Positions 1 through 11,072 are shown, counted from the whole stretch's first letter. The stretch: 63,841 nucleotides of DNA, filler included, from Olpidium bornovanus S191 (GCA_017911155.1; 36 parts of 36 records of this genome joined end to end with filler, not necessarily neighbours in it), one strand, 5' to 3'. Made by a program: numbers and translations. Notes: generated by a model from the sequence alone, not told the origin.

Positions 1-121
1 AGGAAAGCAGACAGGAAAGCAGACAGGAAAGCAGACAGGAAAGCAGACAGGAAAGCAGACAGGAAAGCAGACAGGAAAGCAGACAGGAAAGCAGACAGGA
101 AAGCAGACAGGAAAGCAGACA
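1..121. repeat. Perfect 12-bp tandem repeat (AGGAAAGCAGAC)x10
   Basis: Ten identical units read directly; the array is truncated by the window start. Confidence 0.95.
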
Positions 122-210
122 CCATGAAGACTCACTAAACGCAGAAAGAAGCAAAAATGCAGAAAGCCAAACGCGACACCGGCTTTCTGCTCTCCATAGC
201 AGTCTCTCCA

Positions 211-242
211 TAACCCTTACCCTACCCTAACCCTAACCCTAA
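211..242 (-). repeat. Short degenerate telomere-like tract (TAACCC / TTAGGG)
   Basis: taacccttaccctaccctaaccctaaccctaa: about 5 imperfect CCCTAA units. Confidence 0.55.
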
Positions 243-698
243 ATTTAAAAGAGGGCTTTTGACGTCTGGCTGTGATTTGTGTTGTGTGCGCAAAATAGTT
301 ATTTTTCGCATAGTATGCGCACCGTAGATTAACTCAAAGAAAGTAAAAAGAAAAAAGGGGGGGTGAGAGGGAAAAGAACACCGGGTGGACGGAGGAAAGA
401 AGAGCACCAGTGGCGCCCAGGCGACGACGAGAAGGAGGACGAGGGCGACGAGGGCGACGACGGCGACGGGGCCCGAGATCCACAAGCACGGCGCGGACAC
501 CGGTGGGGCCACGCGGAGCTCGAGGCGGGCCGGGCCTGTGAGGGGTCGGCGGGAAAAGCCGGCGGGCGGAACGGAAGCCGGCCTGACCCCGGGCTGTTCG
601 TGGCGTGCGGCCACGGCGCTTCACTGCCCCTCCCCCCTTCCGCACCCTCCATCGCTTTCCCCGTTAAGAAGAGTCCAAAGCAGGCAGAAACGGTCGGC

Positions 699-1989
699 AT
701 GGCTCCGTCGTCGACTGCTTCTTCCCAGGAGTCCCCTCTTCACGCCGCCAACGCGGACTGCAACGGGGGGTGCACTGGCGCCGACGTCGACCACGCGCGC
801 TGCACGTCACCGGAAGAGCAGAGACGGACGGGAGAAGCCGCGTCGCAGGCCGACGAGAATACTCCCGGAAAACCGGCCGCTGTCGGGACGGCGTGCGGAA
901 AGGTGGATCCGGGCCCCGGTACTGCGACGACGGCCGTTGAAAGCGTCGCCGCCGAAAGCGTTGCCGCCGAAAGCGTCGCCGCCGAAAGCGCCCCCGCCGA
1001 GGGCGCCCCCGACGAGGGCGGCGCCGACGAGGGCGCCCCCGCCGAGGGCGGCGCCGACGAGGGCGCCCCCGCCGAGGGCGCCCCCGACGAGGGCGGTGCC
1101 GACGAGGGCGCCCCCGACGAGGGCGTCGCCGACGAGGGCGTCCCCACCGAGGGCGTCTTCGCCGAAAGCGAGACAGCCGGTGCTGAGAACGTGAGGCGGG
1201 GTTCAGAAGGAGCTCGGGCTGGATTTCCCGCCGAGGGCTGGCACAACGGTGGCGGACTCGCCGCGGAGTCTACGCCTGCCGCCTTGTCTCCTGACAAGAG
1301 GAGGAGGGCTGGCAGTGAGGAAGAGGAAAGTCAAGATCTGCAACAAGGCCGACGAGACTCGCAGGCGAACTGCTTCCGCGATGACGGCGATTCGCACACG
1401 GCCAAGAAGAACAAGCTCAGCACGGATCTAAGCGACCCGCACAGCCTTGCCGCCCCGTCAGGCCACGAGACACCGCGCGAACCCGACGAAGAGGAGCGCA
1501 CAGAACGCGGCTCTACCGCGGGGACTAGCAGTCCGGTAGCCGCCGTCGATATCGCCCGACAGAGCGGCGGCGACTGCTCAAGCCCCGACAGGTTTGTGCC
1601 GAGGAGGAGGAAGAAGTGGGACATGGGCTCTCCGATCCTGCTGCCCAAGCCCCGGGCGGAATCCGGCCCGCCCAGGATATGCTCGTCTATCGACGACTAT
1701 AAACGCGTCAAGTTCCTCGGCGACGGAACTTTCGGGTGGGTTGCGACACGCGGAAATTGCGTTTTTTGGCCTCTAGACGGAAGCCGTGTCGGCAACCGTC
1801 GGTTGGGGGTTACGTGCTGACCCTTTTCCCCTCCACCCCCGCCACCCCCCTCCTCCCTTCCACGCCGAATTTGCTTGGATCCGCCATTCACAACCCTGCG
1901 CGCTCAGGTCAGTATATGAGGCCTTCCACAAAACTATGGGCACCCGTGTCGCCCTTAAAGAGATTAAACTCGAGAAGGAGAGGTTGGGG
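699..1989 (+). CDS. CMGC/CDK-family protein kinase (CDK9/CDK11-like), 5' part, spliced
   Basis: Exon 699-1735 ends CSSIDDYKRVKFLGDGTFG; GT-AG intron; exon 1908-1989 gives SVYEAFHKTMGTRVALKEIKLEKERLG (subdomains I-II). Long acidic low-complexity N-terminus; start codon uncertain; truncated by gap. Confidence 0.85.
945..1170 (+). repeat. In-frame 15-bp tandem repeats in the kinase N-terminus
   Basis: AAESV x3 followed by EGAPA/DEGGA/DEGAP variants, period 15 nt. Confidence 0.85.
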
Positions 1990-2028
1990 GTGGGTTCCCA
2001 CGGTGCCCCGCAATTTGCGGCTTGCGGG

Positions 2029-2128
2029 NNNNNNNNNNNNNNNNNNNNNNNNNNNNNNNNNNNNNNNNNNNNTTAATTAATTAANNNNNNNNNNNNNNNN
2101 NNNNNNNNNNNNNNNNNNNNNNNNNNNN
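2029..2128. other. Artificial contig spacer (first of 35): 44 N + TTAATTAATTAA + 44 N
   Basis: The same 100-bp structure recurs throughout (e.g. 4030, 6106, 8201 ... 62522); the 12-mer puts stop codons in all six frames. Confidence 0.98.
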
Positions 2129-2420
2129 CAAAACAATATTTCGCCAGCAGCTGTCATTGCCTCGCAAGACACACCACTTCCTCCAGCCGCAATAAATTTC
2201 GTGACTACTTACCTAGCACGTGCAAAAGAAAAACTAATTTCCCGTCCTTTACTTTGGAAGTCACCAACAGAAATTCCCGAGCTACTCGCAAGACTTCAGG
2301 GAGACATTTGTGGACCGATCCACTCACGCAGTGAGCCGTTCCGTTATGTTCTTGTTTTGGTGGATGCTTCAGGCAAGCTGTCTCATGTTACACTGTCACC
2401 AACAACGAATCTTGCACGTC
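2129..2420 (+). mobile_element. Ty1/Copia integrase remnant
   Basis: KLISRPLLWKSPTEIPELLARLQGDICGPIHSRSEPFRYVLVLVDASGKLSHV matches the Copia integrase N-terminal core (D-I-C-G-P ... F..LVD); the zinc-finger cysteines are lost and homology stops after TTNLA. Confidence 0.8.
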
Positions 2421-3454
2421 CATACCTGCCGATATGCCTGTCTGCATTGTGGCTTTCTAGGAGGTACGCGGAGGGTGCTTTAAGGTATCCTTTGGGATGT
2501 AGCTCAGAGTTGTGCAGGCCGGGCCGGAGGGCCGGCCGAACAGCTAGTTCACATTATGGGCGGAATGCCTTAACCAGACCCCGTTTTCTTCAAAACGGCG
2601 GCGATGCGACGGCGGCGACGAGGCGGCGATGGTGAGCACTGCGTGGACGCGGCTCGGAGCAACGGTGGCGATGGCGTGCGTCTGTGGCTTGGTTGAACCA
2701 GAGGCGACAGAGCAGTGGCGAACGCGGCGGCGATGCGAGCTAGTGGGCTGCGGCGCAGAACGGTGAGAGCGGCGGTGGCGTCGAGCGCAAACAGTCAACG
2801 GCGGCGGCAAAGGCGCTGCGACGAACAGCGGCGAGCTGTGGCGTCAACGGGTGTTGTGGAGCGGCGTCGCAGTGGCGGTCGGCGAAAAACGACGGCGAGC
2901 TCTGCGACGAGCGGCGACGATTGCAGCTCGGCGGCGGCGGTCGGGGATGGCAACGGCGGTCGACGAGGGCGAACGGTGGGGGGGGAGGGGGGGGATGGTG
3001 GAGCAGGGCTTCGGAGAGCGGCGCTGCAGATGCGCTGTGGGAAAGCGAAGCGTTGATGGTGAGCTCTGCGACGAGCGGCGATAAAGGCGGCTCGACGACG
3101 GGGTGGTAAAGGGGTTTGGAGGAGGGGGAGAGAGGGGGGGGCGCCAGCGGGGCGGCGTCGCAGGGGCGGTCGTGAAAAAAAAAAAGAGAACGACGGCGTG
3201 CGGCATCGACGGCGAGCTGTGCGACGACCGGCGATGAAAGCGGCTTAGCGGAGGCGGTCGACGACGGCGATCAGTGTCGGCGATCGGTGACGGCGACGGC
3301 GATCACTGGCGGCGGTCGGGGGGGGATGCTCCGGTCCGAATTGGGCTCATAACCTGTTGAATTTCGTGTTTCGCCTCCGTGAGGAGAGCAGTTTTATTCG
3401 GAGATTTACGCTTAGTAGTACAGGAGAATGGGACAAGACACATTGTACGCAACA

Positions 3455-3855
3455 CTTCCTTCCTCCTCTCTTCCTCCTCCGTCCGTCCTTCCTTCCTTCC
3501 TTCTTTCCCTCCTTCCTTCCTTCTTTCCCTCCTACCTTCCTTCTTTCCCTCCTTCCTTCCTTCTTTCCCTCCCACCTTCCTTCTTTCCCTCCTTCCTTCC
3601 TTCTTTCCCTCCTTCCTTCTTTCCCTCCTTCCTTCCTTCCTTCCTTCCTGGCGTCAGCGCGGGTCGACGTTTTGCGTTGCGTGTGGCGTTACAGATTGGC
3701 AAACCCCTCTCCCCCCCTCCATTCCTTCCTTCCTGAATCCTTCCCTCCGTCCTTCTTTCGCCCTTCCGTCCTTCGTCCTTCCTTGTTTCTTTCTTCTTTC
3801 CTTCCTCCTCCGTTCCTCTTCCGTCCTTCCTTTCGTCCTTCCTTCCTCCCTAGCG
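3455..3855. repeat. Polypyrimidine (CCTT/CTTT)n compound microsatellite with two diverged ~65-bp non-repetitive inserts
   Basis: ccttccttccttctttccct units; inserts at about 3651-3715 and 3852-3915 share gcgcggg.cgacgttt.gc.ttgcg...attggcaa.ccc. Confidence 0.85.
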
Positions 3856-3977
3856 CCGGCGCGGGGCGACGTTTCGCATTGCGAGCGACGTTGCGAATTG
3901 GCAACCCCCCTTCCTCCCCCACCTCCCCCGTTTCTGTTGGAATGGCTTTGCAGGGCTAGCCAGACACCTGGTGAATA

Positions 3978-4029
3978 GGGCAGATAGCGCAGTTGGTTAG
4001 AGCATCCCTCCGGGAAGGAGAAGTTCATG
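3978..4029 (+). tRNA. tRNA-like 5' half (pseudo-tRNA or tRNA-derived SINE head), truncated by gap
   Basis: GGGCAGA-TA-GCGC-AGTTGGTTA-GAGC gives an acceptor 5' strand, D-arm and a good A-box; the anticodon arm is imperfect (TCCCT-CCGGGAA-GGAGA); the T-arm is missing. Confidence 0.5.
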
Positions 4030-5071
4030 NNNNNNNNNNNNNNNNNNNNNNNNNNNNNNNNNNNNNNNNNNNNTTAATTAATTAANNNNNNNNNNNNNNN
4101 NNNNNNNNNNNNNNNNNNNNNNNNNNNNNCATGGATACTATCGCGCAGTCGTATGTTTTTTCCCCTTTCCTGCGTGGTTTGGGAAGAGGCGTGTGCGCTC
4201 TTTGCTAATATTTCGCGTCTACCACCGGAACGGCCTCTGTTGTTTATCCGCGTTTCTATCGCGCGTCTCGCTTTACTTCCCTGGTGGCTGCGACTGGGCG
4301 CATCGAAATGAAGTCAAAAACTGCGCAAGGTGGCCGCCGACCGATCGTTCACCAAACAGGACTTGCAGAACCTGGCCCAGAATGCGTGAACTGGGGATGT
4401 ACCTTACTTTGGACGTCTGCAACGCGGGCTTGTGTAGACAAGACACAAAGCGCAAACCACGAGACGTGCGAAGGGTCGTGAATTTTTTTTTTTTTTTTTT
4501 TTTTTCTTTTTTCTTTTTCGGGCGGCGGTAGGCTGCGCCAACGTCCGCTGGGATTTTCTGGTTTAAATTTCGGTGACGTGCATCACGCGCGGCTGGCAGC
4601 GACGAATCACGCACACACACGAGCGGGATGCCGCCAGCGCCTACGTCGACGGGTCCTAAGACGGACCTCGTGAACGCGCCGAAACACGTTACCGCACGGT
4701 TTCCACCCACAGCCACGTTCGTCACGCGGCCGGCACTTTGCGCAACGAGGCGGTGCTGCAATGCGTTCAGAATGCCGCGCGGTGTCAGATTTTGTGCAGC
4801 TGCAGGCGGAACTCGCCTCCACGGTTCGACGTCGAAACGCCACGGAGAAGCCCGTTCGCTGTCGTTGGGAAAATCCATCCCGGGCGCGCTCGGTGCGCGA
4901 ACCGTCGGCGAGGGTGCCCTCCGCCTCTCAACCAAAGAGGATTGAAACCCCGTTCTCCTTTGGCGGGGGTCGCGCGGTGTCGGCGCGCGACCTCGCGGCA
5001 TTGAGAGACGGATATTCCCCCGGTTGCAGCGGAATAAGGGCGGCCAGTCCGAGTGGCGCGCGGGGCGCCGC

Positions 5072-5131
5072 CGCCGCCTTCTGGACCCCGCCGCCTTCTG
5101 GACCCCGCCGCCTTCTGGACCCCGCCGCCTT
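5072..5131. repeat. 17-bp tandem repeat (TTCTGGACCCCGCCGCC) x3.5 upstream of the TERT ATG
   Basis: Units start at 5079, 5096 and 5113, with a partial at 5130. Confidence 0.9.
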
Positions 5132-5404
5132 CCCCCGGGGGGCCTTTTCGCCCGCCGCCACCGCAGGAAGACAGCGCTTCCTTGCGCTCCTGCCCTGCCG
5201 CTCCTGCGCGCCCGTCTGCGGCCGCAAGGCTCTTGACCGCTTGCCTTGCCTCGTGCGCCTCTCTCTCTCTCTCTCTCTCTCCCGCGCGCGCCCCGACAGG
5301 AACGCGGTCGCTCTGCTCGGCAGAGGCCGCGGCGGAGGAGCACTAACAGGCGGAAGCGGAGCGGCCCCCGCGCGCCGGCCACTGCTGGTAAAACGGAGAG
5401 CCGC

Positions 5405-5902
5405 ATGGACGACGTCGACCCGTCGGCGGCCGGGACGGCTGTCCCGACGCAGACGCCGCTGCACTTCACCCAGCCGCACCCGCCGTTGCTGCCTGGCCTG
5501 CGAGCCGCCGGCGTCGCCCCGCATTGCCACTCGCCGTGGCCCCGACCACCGCCGTCCCGCTTCACCCCGGCAGCCGCCGGCGGGTCGTCGTTGCACGTGC
5601 CTGACACGGGCGCGTCGCCGCCGACGCCGGCGCGAAAGGAAACCCGGCTGCTCGCGCTTCAGCACGTCTTCGGCGGCTTGGCCGTGCGGGGCGACGCTAC
5701 GCGCGAAGGAAAGCGCCTGTGGGTGCTCGGGGACTACCTCGCCGCGATCACGGGCCGTCCGAAGCAGGAGCTGCACCGCGCCGACGACCCGAAGGAGTAC
5801 AGGGTCCTCCTGGCCACCGCCGTCGTGGGAATCCCACCGGGGGCGAAAGAATTCCGGAGCAGCGAGTCTCACGACGCCTTCGTCGGGTCGACGATGAGCG
5901 AG
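5405..5902 (+). CDS. TERT: Telomerase reverse transcriptase, N-terminal (TEN) exon
   Basis: LWVLGDYLAAITGRPKQELHRADDPKEYRVLLATAVVGIP...STMSE parallels the TEN motif LATFVRRL...LVQRGDPAAFRALVAQCLV; the exon ends at a GTGCGC donor; no RT domain on this contig. Confidence 0.65.
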
Positions 5903-7243
5903 GTGCGCCTTCCGCCTGTAGACACATGGCCCCGCGTTCCTGCCCACCCGGGGGGCACACTGCGGTCCTCAACCTCCTTTCTTAGCCTATCCTGCCCGTT
6001 TCTCGCGAAACCCGACCCAGATTGTACACCGCGTGATAAACTCGCTGTTTGCCGCGAGCTTGAAACCGGCCGTTCCGCATGTTTTGTGTTTTGGATATCG
6101 GAGGGNNNNNNNNNNNNNNNNNNNNNNNNNNNNNNNNNNNNNNNNNNNNTTAATTAATTAANNNNNNNNNNNNNNNNNNNNNNNNNNNNNNNNNNNNNNN
6201 NNNNNAAAAAAAAAAAAAAAAGAAACAAACCCCCCGCCAGTAAAAGCTGCCTCCCGCCTACAAAAGAAGCCCCACCTCCGCCCGGGCCGGCCCCAGGCCC
6301 CCCGCTCTCCCCGCCCGCCGCCCCTCCCCTACGCCTTTTCCCCACCCTTCCCGCGGGGCTCTCCCAGATGCGCGCAGATAAGGCTTCCTGGCCCCTCCGC
6401 GCGCGCAAAGATCTCTTTTCTTGTGCGGACGGATGCAGAATTCGGATGCAAAATTGTAGGCAAATTAACACGCAGAATCTGAGGTAGATGCATGCGCAAT
6501 ATCGGACGGAGTTTCATGCGCAGTATCTGACGCAGAATTAGACGAAATTTCCCTTCCACTGCAAAATTCAAATATCGATTCGGCAAATTTCTAGACCGCC
6601 GGGGCCCTGTGTCTTTCAAAGCTATGATTATCCGTTCTCCTCACGTCCGGTTATCTCTCTCAAATTTGTCTCTTTCCTTCGGGGAGGGCGTTGCGTACGT
6701 GCCCTTACAAGGCGGGAAGAAGGAAGGAATGGAGTGAGGGGCGAGGATGGTTTATGGTCAGCGGCGACCATGGTCAGCGTGTTTTCCGCTTCCCGGGCGG
6801 TTGCTGCAAGTATACCCATGCCCTCTCACTAAAACCCGGCGGCGCCTTCCACTGCCAACTACCTGGCCGGCCGTCGCTCGACGGGACCTCTTGAAGTCGT
6901 CCACACCGACACCGTAGCGTCTGGCATATGTGCATGGACAAAATCTACCGGAGAGCCGACGTCCTGTCTAGCTCGCGACCGCGGGGAGGGGCGGCGGTTC
7001 CAGGTGGGAGGGAGGTCCGGGGTGTTCGGGGAGATCTGCATCGTTCTAGGTCTGCTTGCTGCTTGTGCGCGCGAAGCGTCCGGCGAACGGCCCAGCCCGC
7101 GCCGTGCGCCCGTTGCGCTTTTCCGTGGGCCCTCACGCAGGGTCACGTGACTCTGTTGTGACGCCGGCTCCCCTTGACTACCCCCTGGGAAATACCCCGG
7201 CGGGGCAGAGGCGGTGACGAGCGAAACTACTTTTGCCGGTCAA

Positions 7244-8200
7244 ATGGCGGCGGCAGCAGCGGCAGCGGCGGCAGCAGGCACTGCGCGGCAGCGGCGACGA
7301 CGACGGGCACCGCCGCTCGCCGGCGGGCCGCGCGCGAAGAAGGCGCCTGCCGTCAAGCCCCGCGCGGACGACGGCGCCGGGGAGTCGAACGGCGAGCAGG
7401 CCGGGGGAGGTGCGCCGTTGTCGGCGGGAGATGCGAGCGAGGACTCCGACGATGTGCCCGACGACGACGACGGCGGCCACGCCAGAGCCGAACCCTCAGC
7501 GGACGGTGAAGAGTTGCTTGGAGACAGCTGCGACGAGGGCGACGGCGATGACGACGGCGAGGTGGACGACGACGAGGGCGACGGCGACGCCGACGGCCAG
7601 GTGGATGACGACGACGACGACGACGTGGACGAGGCGGAGGTCGCGGCTTACCTGAACATGCAGCAGGAGAAAAACGCGGCGGCGGCAAAGGAAGCGGCGG
7701 GACCAGGAGGCTCCAAAGGGCAGCAGCAGGAGAGGCGTGTCATAAACGACAAAAAAGCGATACTCGCGCTTATCGATGAGATTAAGTACCCGGACTCGAT
7801 GCCGTGGGAGGAGCTCATGGACGTGACCACCGACGAGCCGGTGAACGTGCCGGACGTCAATAACGACCTGGAGAGGGAACTCGCCATGTACGTTTGCTGA
7901 AGCAGGCGTAGGCGAGCGGGCAGGTTGTATTTAGCAGCGGCAGCTTACGGCGGAGCTGCACCGTCGGGGCGCCCCGGCCGGCGCACCCGGTTCGCGGCCT
8001 GCAAATTTGTCAACGGCCCTCCAGACGTTATCCCCCGTTTCTAACAGCGTTTTTTCCTGGGGGGCGTACTGAACACTGGCAGCTACACGCAAGCGAAATC
8101 CTCCGTGCTGGTCGGGCGCCGCCTGCTCCTGAAGGCCGGCATCCCGTTCAGCAGGCCGGACGACTACTTCGCGGAGACCGTCAAGTCGGATTCGCACATG
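7244..8200 (+). CDS. EBP2: rRNA-processing protein Ebp2, 5' part, spliced
   Basis: Acidic N-terminus, then RVINDKKAILALIDEIKY..MPWEELMDVT...DLERELA | IYTQAKSSVLVGRRLLLKAGIPFSRPDDYFAETVKSDSHM; truncated at gap. Confidence 0.92.
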
Positions 8201-8510
8201 NNNNNNNNNNNNNNNNNNNNNNNNNNNNNNNNNNNNNNNNNNNNTTAATTAATTAANNNNNNNNNNNNNNNNNNNNNNNNNNNNNNNNNNNNNNNNNNNN
8301 CGGGCGAGGCTCCCCCTTACTTTCCCCCCCGCCAAAAGGGGGGGGGGAGGAAAGGAAAAAGCGCGGTTGCATGGGGGAGGCTTGCGGCTTACTCTCTCAG
8401 CAACCCTCTTTCCCCCCCCCCACCCCACCCCACTCTCGCCCTCCGTCCTGCGTTCACGGGCTTCCCCGCCCGCGCTGCCGCCACTAACCCCTCTTTTTCC
8501 GTCTTCGCAG

Positions 8511-9741
8511 GAAGTCTTCGCTCCTTCTCCGGTTCACGGAGGACCAGTTCGACAGCGAGGTCAACGCCACGATCGGCGTCGACTTCAAAGTGAAGAACAT
8601 GGAGATCGACGGCGTCACGTACAAGCTGACGATATGGGTATGCGCGCAGAAAACAATTATGCTTTCGACCAGCGCCGCCTTCGCCTCCCCGCCCGCTTCT
8701 TTTTTTTTTGCCCCGCCGGAAAGCGGAAAGTTTAACGGGAAAAGCCGGCGGCATTACCCCGTTTGCGAACTCCGCTCCTTTTCCACTGCGCGCACGCAAA
8801 ATTTTCTGGGGTGGATGCGGATCTATCGCGCATATCTCTCCAAGGACACGGCCGGCCAGGAGCGGTTCCGCACGTTGACCTCGTCGTACTACAGGGGAGC
8901 GCAGGGCGTAATCCTAGGTAGTGGCTTGCTTTTTTTTTTTACTGCGGGGAACTGCCGCCGCCGGGGGAGAGAAGCGACAGAGAGAAAGGGAGAGGGGCAG
9001 ACTGGACTTTTTCGTTTACCGGGGTGGCCGCCGCCTCCGGTGTTCTTTTTTTTTTCTGCCCGTGAGGCTGAAAGACCTATTCGATGAAACCCTTTCCTTT
9101 TTTTTTTTTCGCAAAGTGTACGATGTCACCCGGCGGGAGACTTTCACGCACCTCGAGCAGTGGTTTAACGAGCTGACGACATACGCGTCGTCGCGGGACG
9201 TCGTGATCATGGTCGTCGGGAACAAGATCGACCAGGAATCCGACCGGCAGGTGAGCAGGCAGGAGGGCGTCGACTTTGCTCGCAAGCTTCAGACGCTGTT
9301 CATCGAGAGCAGCGCAAAAACGCGCGTCGGCGTGAAGCAGACGTTCGAGGAGCTGGTGCAAAAGGTACACCCGGGTGTGTTGCAAGGGAGGGAAGTGGTG
9401 GCGGGCAGGGGGCGAGGAAGTGGGGGGGGGTGGTGTTGGGAGGAAAGAAAGGGGGTTCCACGTGAATCGGGAGGGCGGGGCTCGTTTGTTCGCGGCAATC
9501 CGGCTTTTGTCTCCGGAAACCTGGCGTTACCCCAATCGGAAAGTCTCCCGGCGCGTGCTCGAACGCGGGCGACGCGTCGCGCTAAGTCACCGCGCTTGCT
9601 TTTCGCTTGTCCTTCGTTTGACCCCCAAAGATCGCGGATACGCCGTCCATATGGAAGCGCCAGCCGGTCCCCTCCGGCGCAAGATCCGTCAATTTCGCGA
9701 CCGAAGCGGCGCCGGCCACCGGCGGCGCCTGCGCTTGTTGA
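8511..9741 (+). CDS. RAB18: Rab18 small GTPase (4 visible exons)
   Basis: KSSLLLRFTEDQFDSEVNATIGVDFK, DTAGQERFRTLTSSYYRGAQG, VGNKID, ESSAK; last exon 9631-9741 IADTPSIW...GGACAC* ends in a CXC prenylation motif; CTAAC branch point at about 8484. Confidence 0.95.
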
Positions 9742-9770
9742 CGGGGGGGAGGGTAGCCGCGCCCACCACG

Positions 9771-9807
<37 letters not shown>

Positions 9808-9809
9808 CC

Positions 9810-9851
<42 letters not shown>

Positions 9852-10116
9852 CTTTTTTTTTTTTTGTTTCGTTTTTTTTTTTTTGTTTCGTTTTTTTTTT
9901 TTCTTTTTCGTTTTTTTCTTTTCTGGCTCCTCTCCCGCAAACCAAAAAAAAGGGCACGCTCGGCTTGGGATCCANNNNNNNNNNNNNNNNNNNNNNNNNN
10001 NNNNNNNNNNNNNNNNNNTTAATTAATTAANNNNNNNNNNNNNNNNNNNNNNNNNNNNNNNNNNNNNNNNNNNNCACTCGGCATCTTGTCCTGCGGAAAA
10101 GCCGGGTCACGTGGGG

Positions 10117-10616
10117 AAGTTATAACAGCAACACCTGGTCGCGCCGCGCCAAGTCCTGCGCCACCTTTGTGGACTTCCACCAATCCGTGTTCATGGGTCA
10201 GTTCGCGTTTTGTTTGAAAACGGCTCTCGTGAGATGGAGGAATTACCCTAACATTGTCTACCGACTGCAGGTGTGGAGGCACAATGGCGCAAGCTCAATC
10301 CCCCGTCGAAGTGAAAAAAAATTTTTACTCCCCCTTCCCCCCCGCCTTCGCTCTCTTTGCACTCTCAATTTCCCATAACAGAAAGGCACGCAAATTCATT
10401 ATGAGATGAGGGCTCCGTCAAACCACCCGCGTTTCCGCTGCGGTTTGCGAGAGACCCCTTCTGTGTCAGCGGCAGCTGCCAGGTGTGTCTCTCGCAGGTC
10501 CCATAACAGAAAATACCCAAGCGTATGAGAGACGGGTTCCCACACCACCTGTACAATTTGCAGGGCGTGTTTCGCTGCGTTTACGATTCGAAGCATCGAT
10601 TCTTGTTGGGATCCGT
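10117..10616 (+). CDS. Unassigned multi-exon coding fragment
   Basis: Putative exons SNTWSRRAKSCATFVDFHQSVFM|GVEAQWRKLNP and KIPKRMRDGFPHHLYNLQGVFRCVYDSKHRFLLGS, flanked by GT/AG; family not recognised. Confidence 0.3.
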
Positions 10617-11072
10617 GAGGTGTCGGCACCTCTGGTCAAAAGAAACAGATCTATGCGCCTTCGCCGTGATGTATTTACACAAAAACAAATATGGGTTGAC
10701 CTGACCATCTAAGTATCGCCGGCCGAAGCATCGCGTATTGTGTGAGCGGCGACTCCCACTATTTGAATAAGGAGAGGCAGGGCCGTGGACGCCCGGAGCC
10801 AGACCAAGAGCTTGGCATCCGTGCCGCCATCGGCTGTTACGGAACTAGTGAGCCTCTCATATGCAAAAACCCCCTGTCATCTGAACCGTCAGCCGGTTGC
10901 GCCTGACCGCGTTGCGGCGGACACGGAGACGAGCGGAGCGGAGGGGAAGAAGGGGGGGGGGGGGGGGGGAAAGGGGGGGGGGGGGAGGGGAAACGGAGGC
11001 AGAGGCGATCTGCGCGAGAAAGTCGATATATATGGCGCTGCAGGTCGACACCAGTGTTCGACACCTCTCTGC

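Noticed and set aside
1-121. 12-mer array as a CRISPR array
   Set aside because: No spacers, the unit is too short, and the context is eukaryotic.
2073-2084. Recurrent TTAATTAATTAA as a biological repeat, PacI site or CRISPR-like repeat
   Set aside because: It is always centred in 88 N with fixed geometry, so it is an artificial six-frame-stop linker.
3340-3360. GGGCTCATAACC resembling a bacterial tRNA-fMet anticodon arm
   Set aside because: No D-arm, T-arm or acceptor stem around it.
3357-3978. ORFs of about 200 aa (PSFL/LPSF repeats)
   Set aside because: They are translations of the CCTT microsatellite, which lacks stops.
4273-5607. 444-aa minus-strand ORF and overlapping 300-380 aa ORFs
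   Set aside because: GC-rich shadow frames over the TERT exon and its upstream repeats; no recognisable domain.
211-5902. Telomere-like repeat near TERT as a functional cluster
   Set aside because: They sit on different contigs separated by artificial spacers; adjacency carries no information.
9770-9925. A-run followed by T-run as a long hairpin or terminator
   Set aside because: Pure homopolymers beside a contig end; length unreliable and pairing trivial.
8921-10030. 369-aa ORF with poly-K and poly-F
   Set aside because: Read-through of RAB18 introns plus A/T homopolymers.
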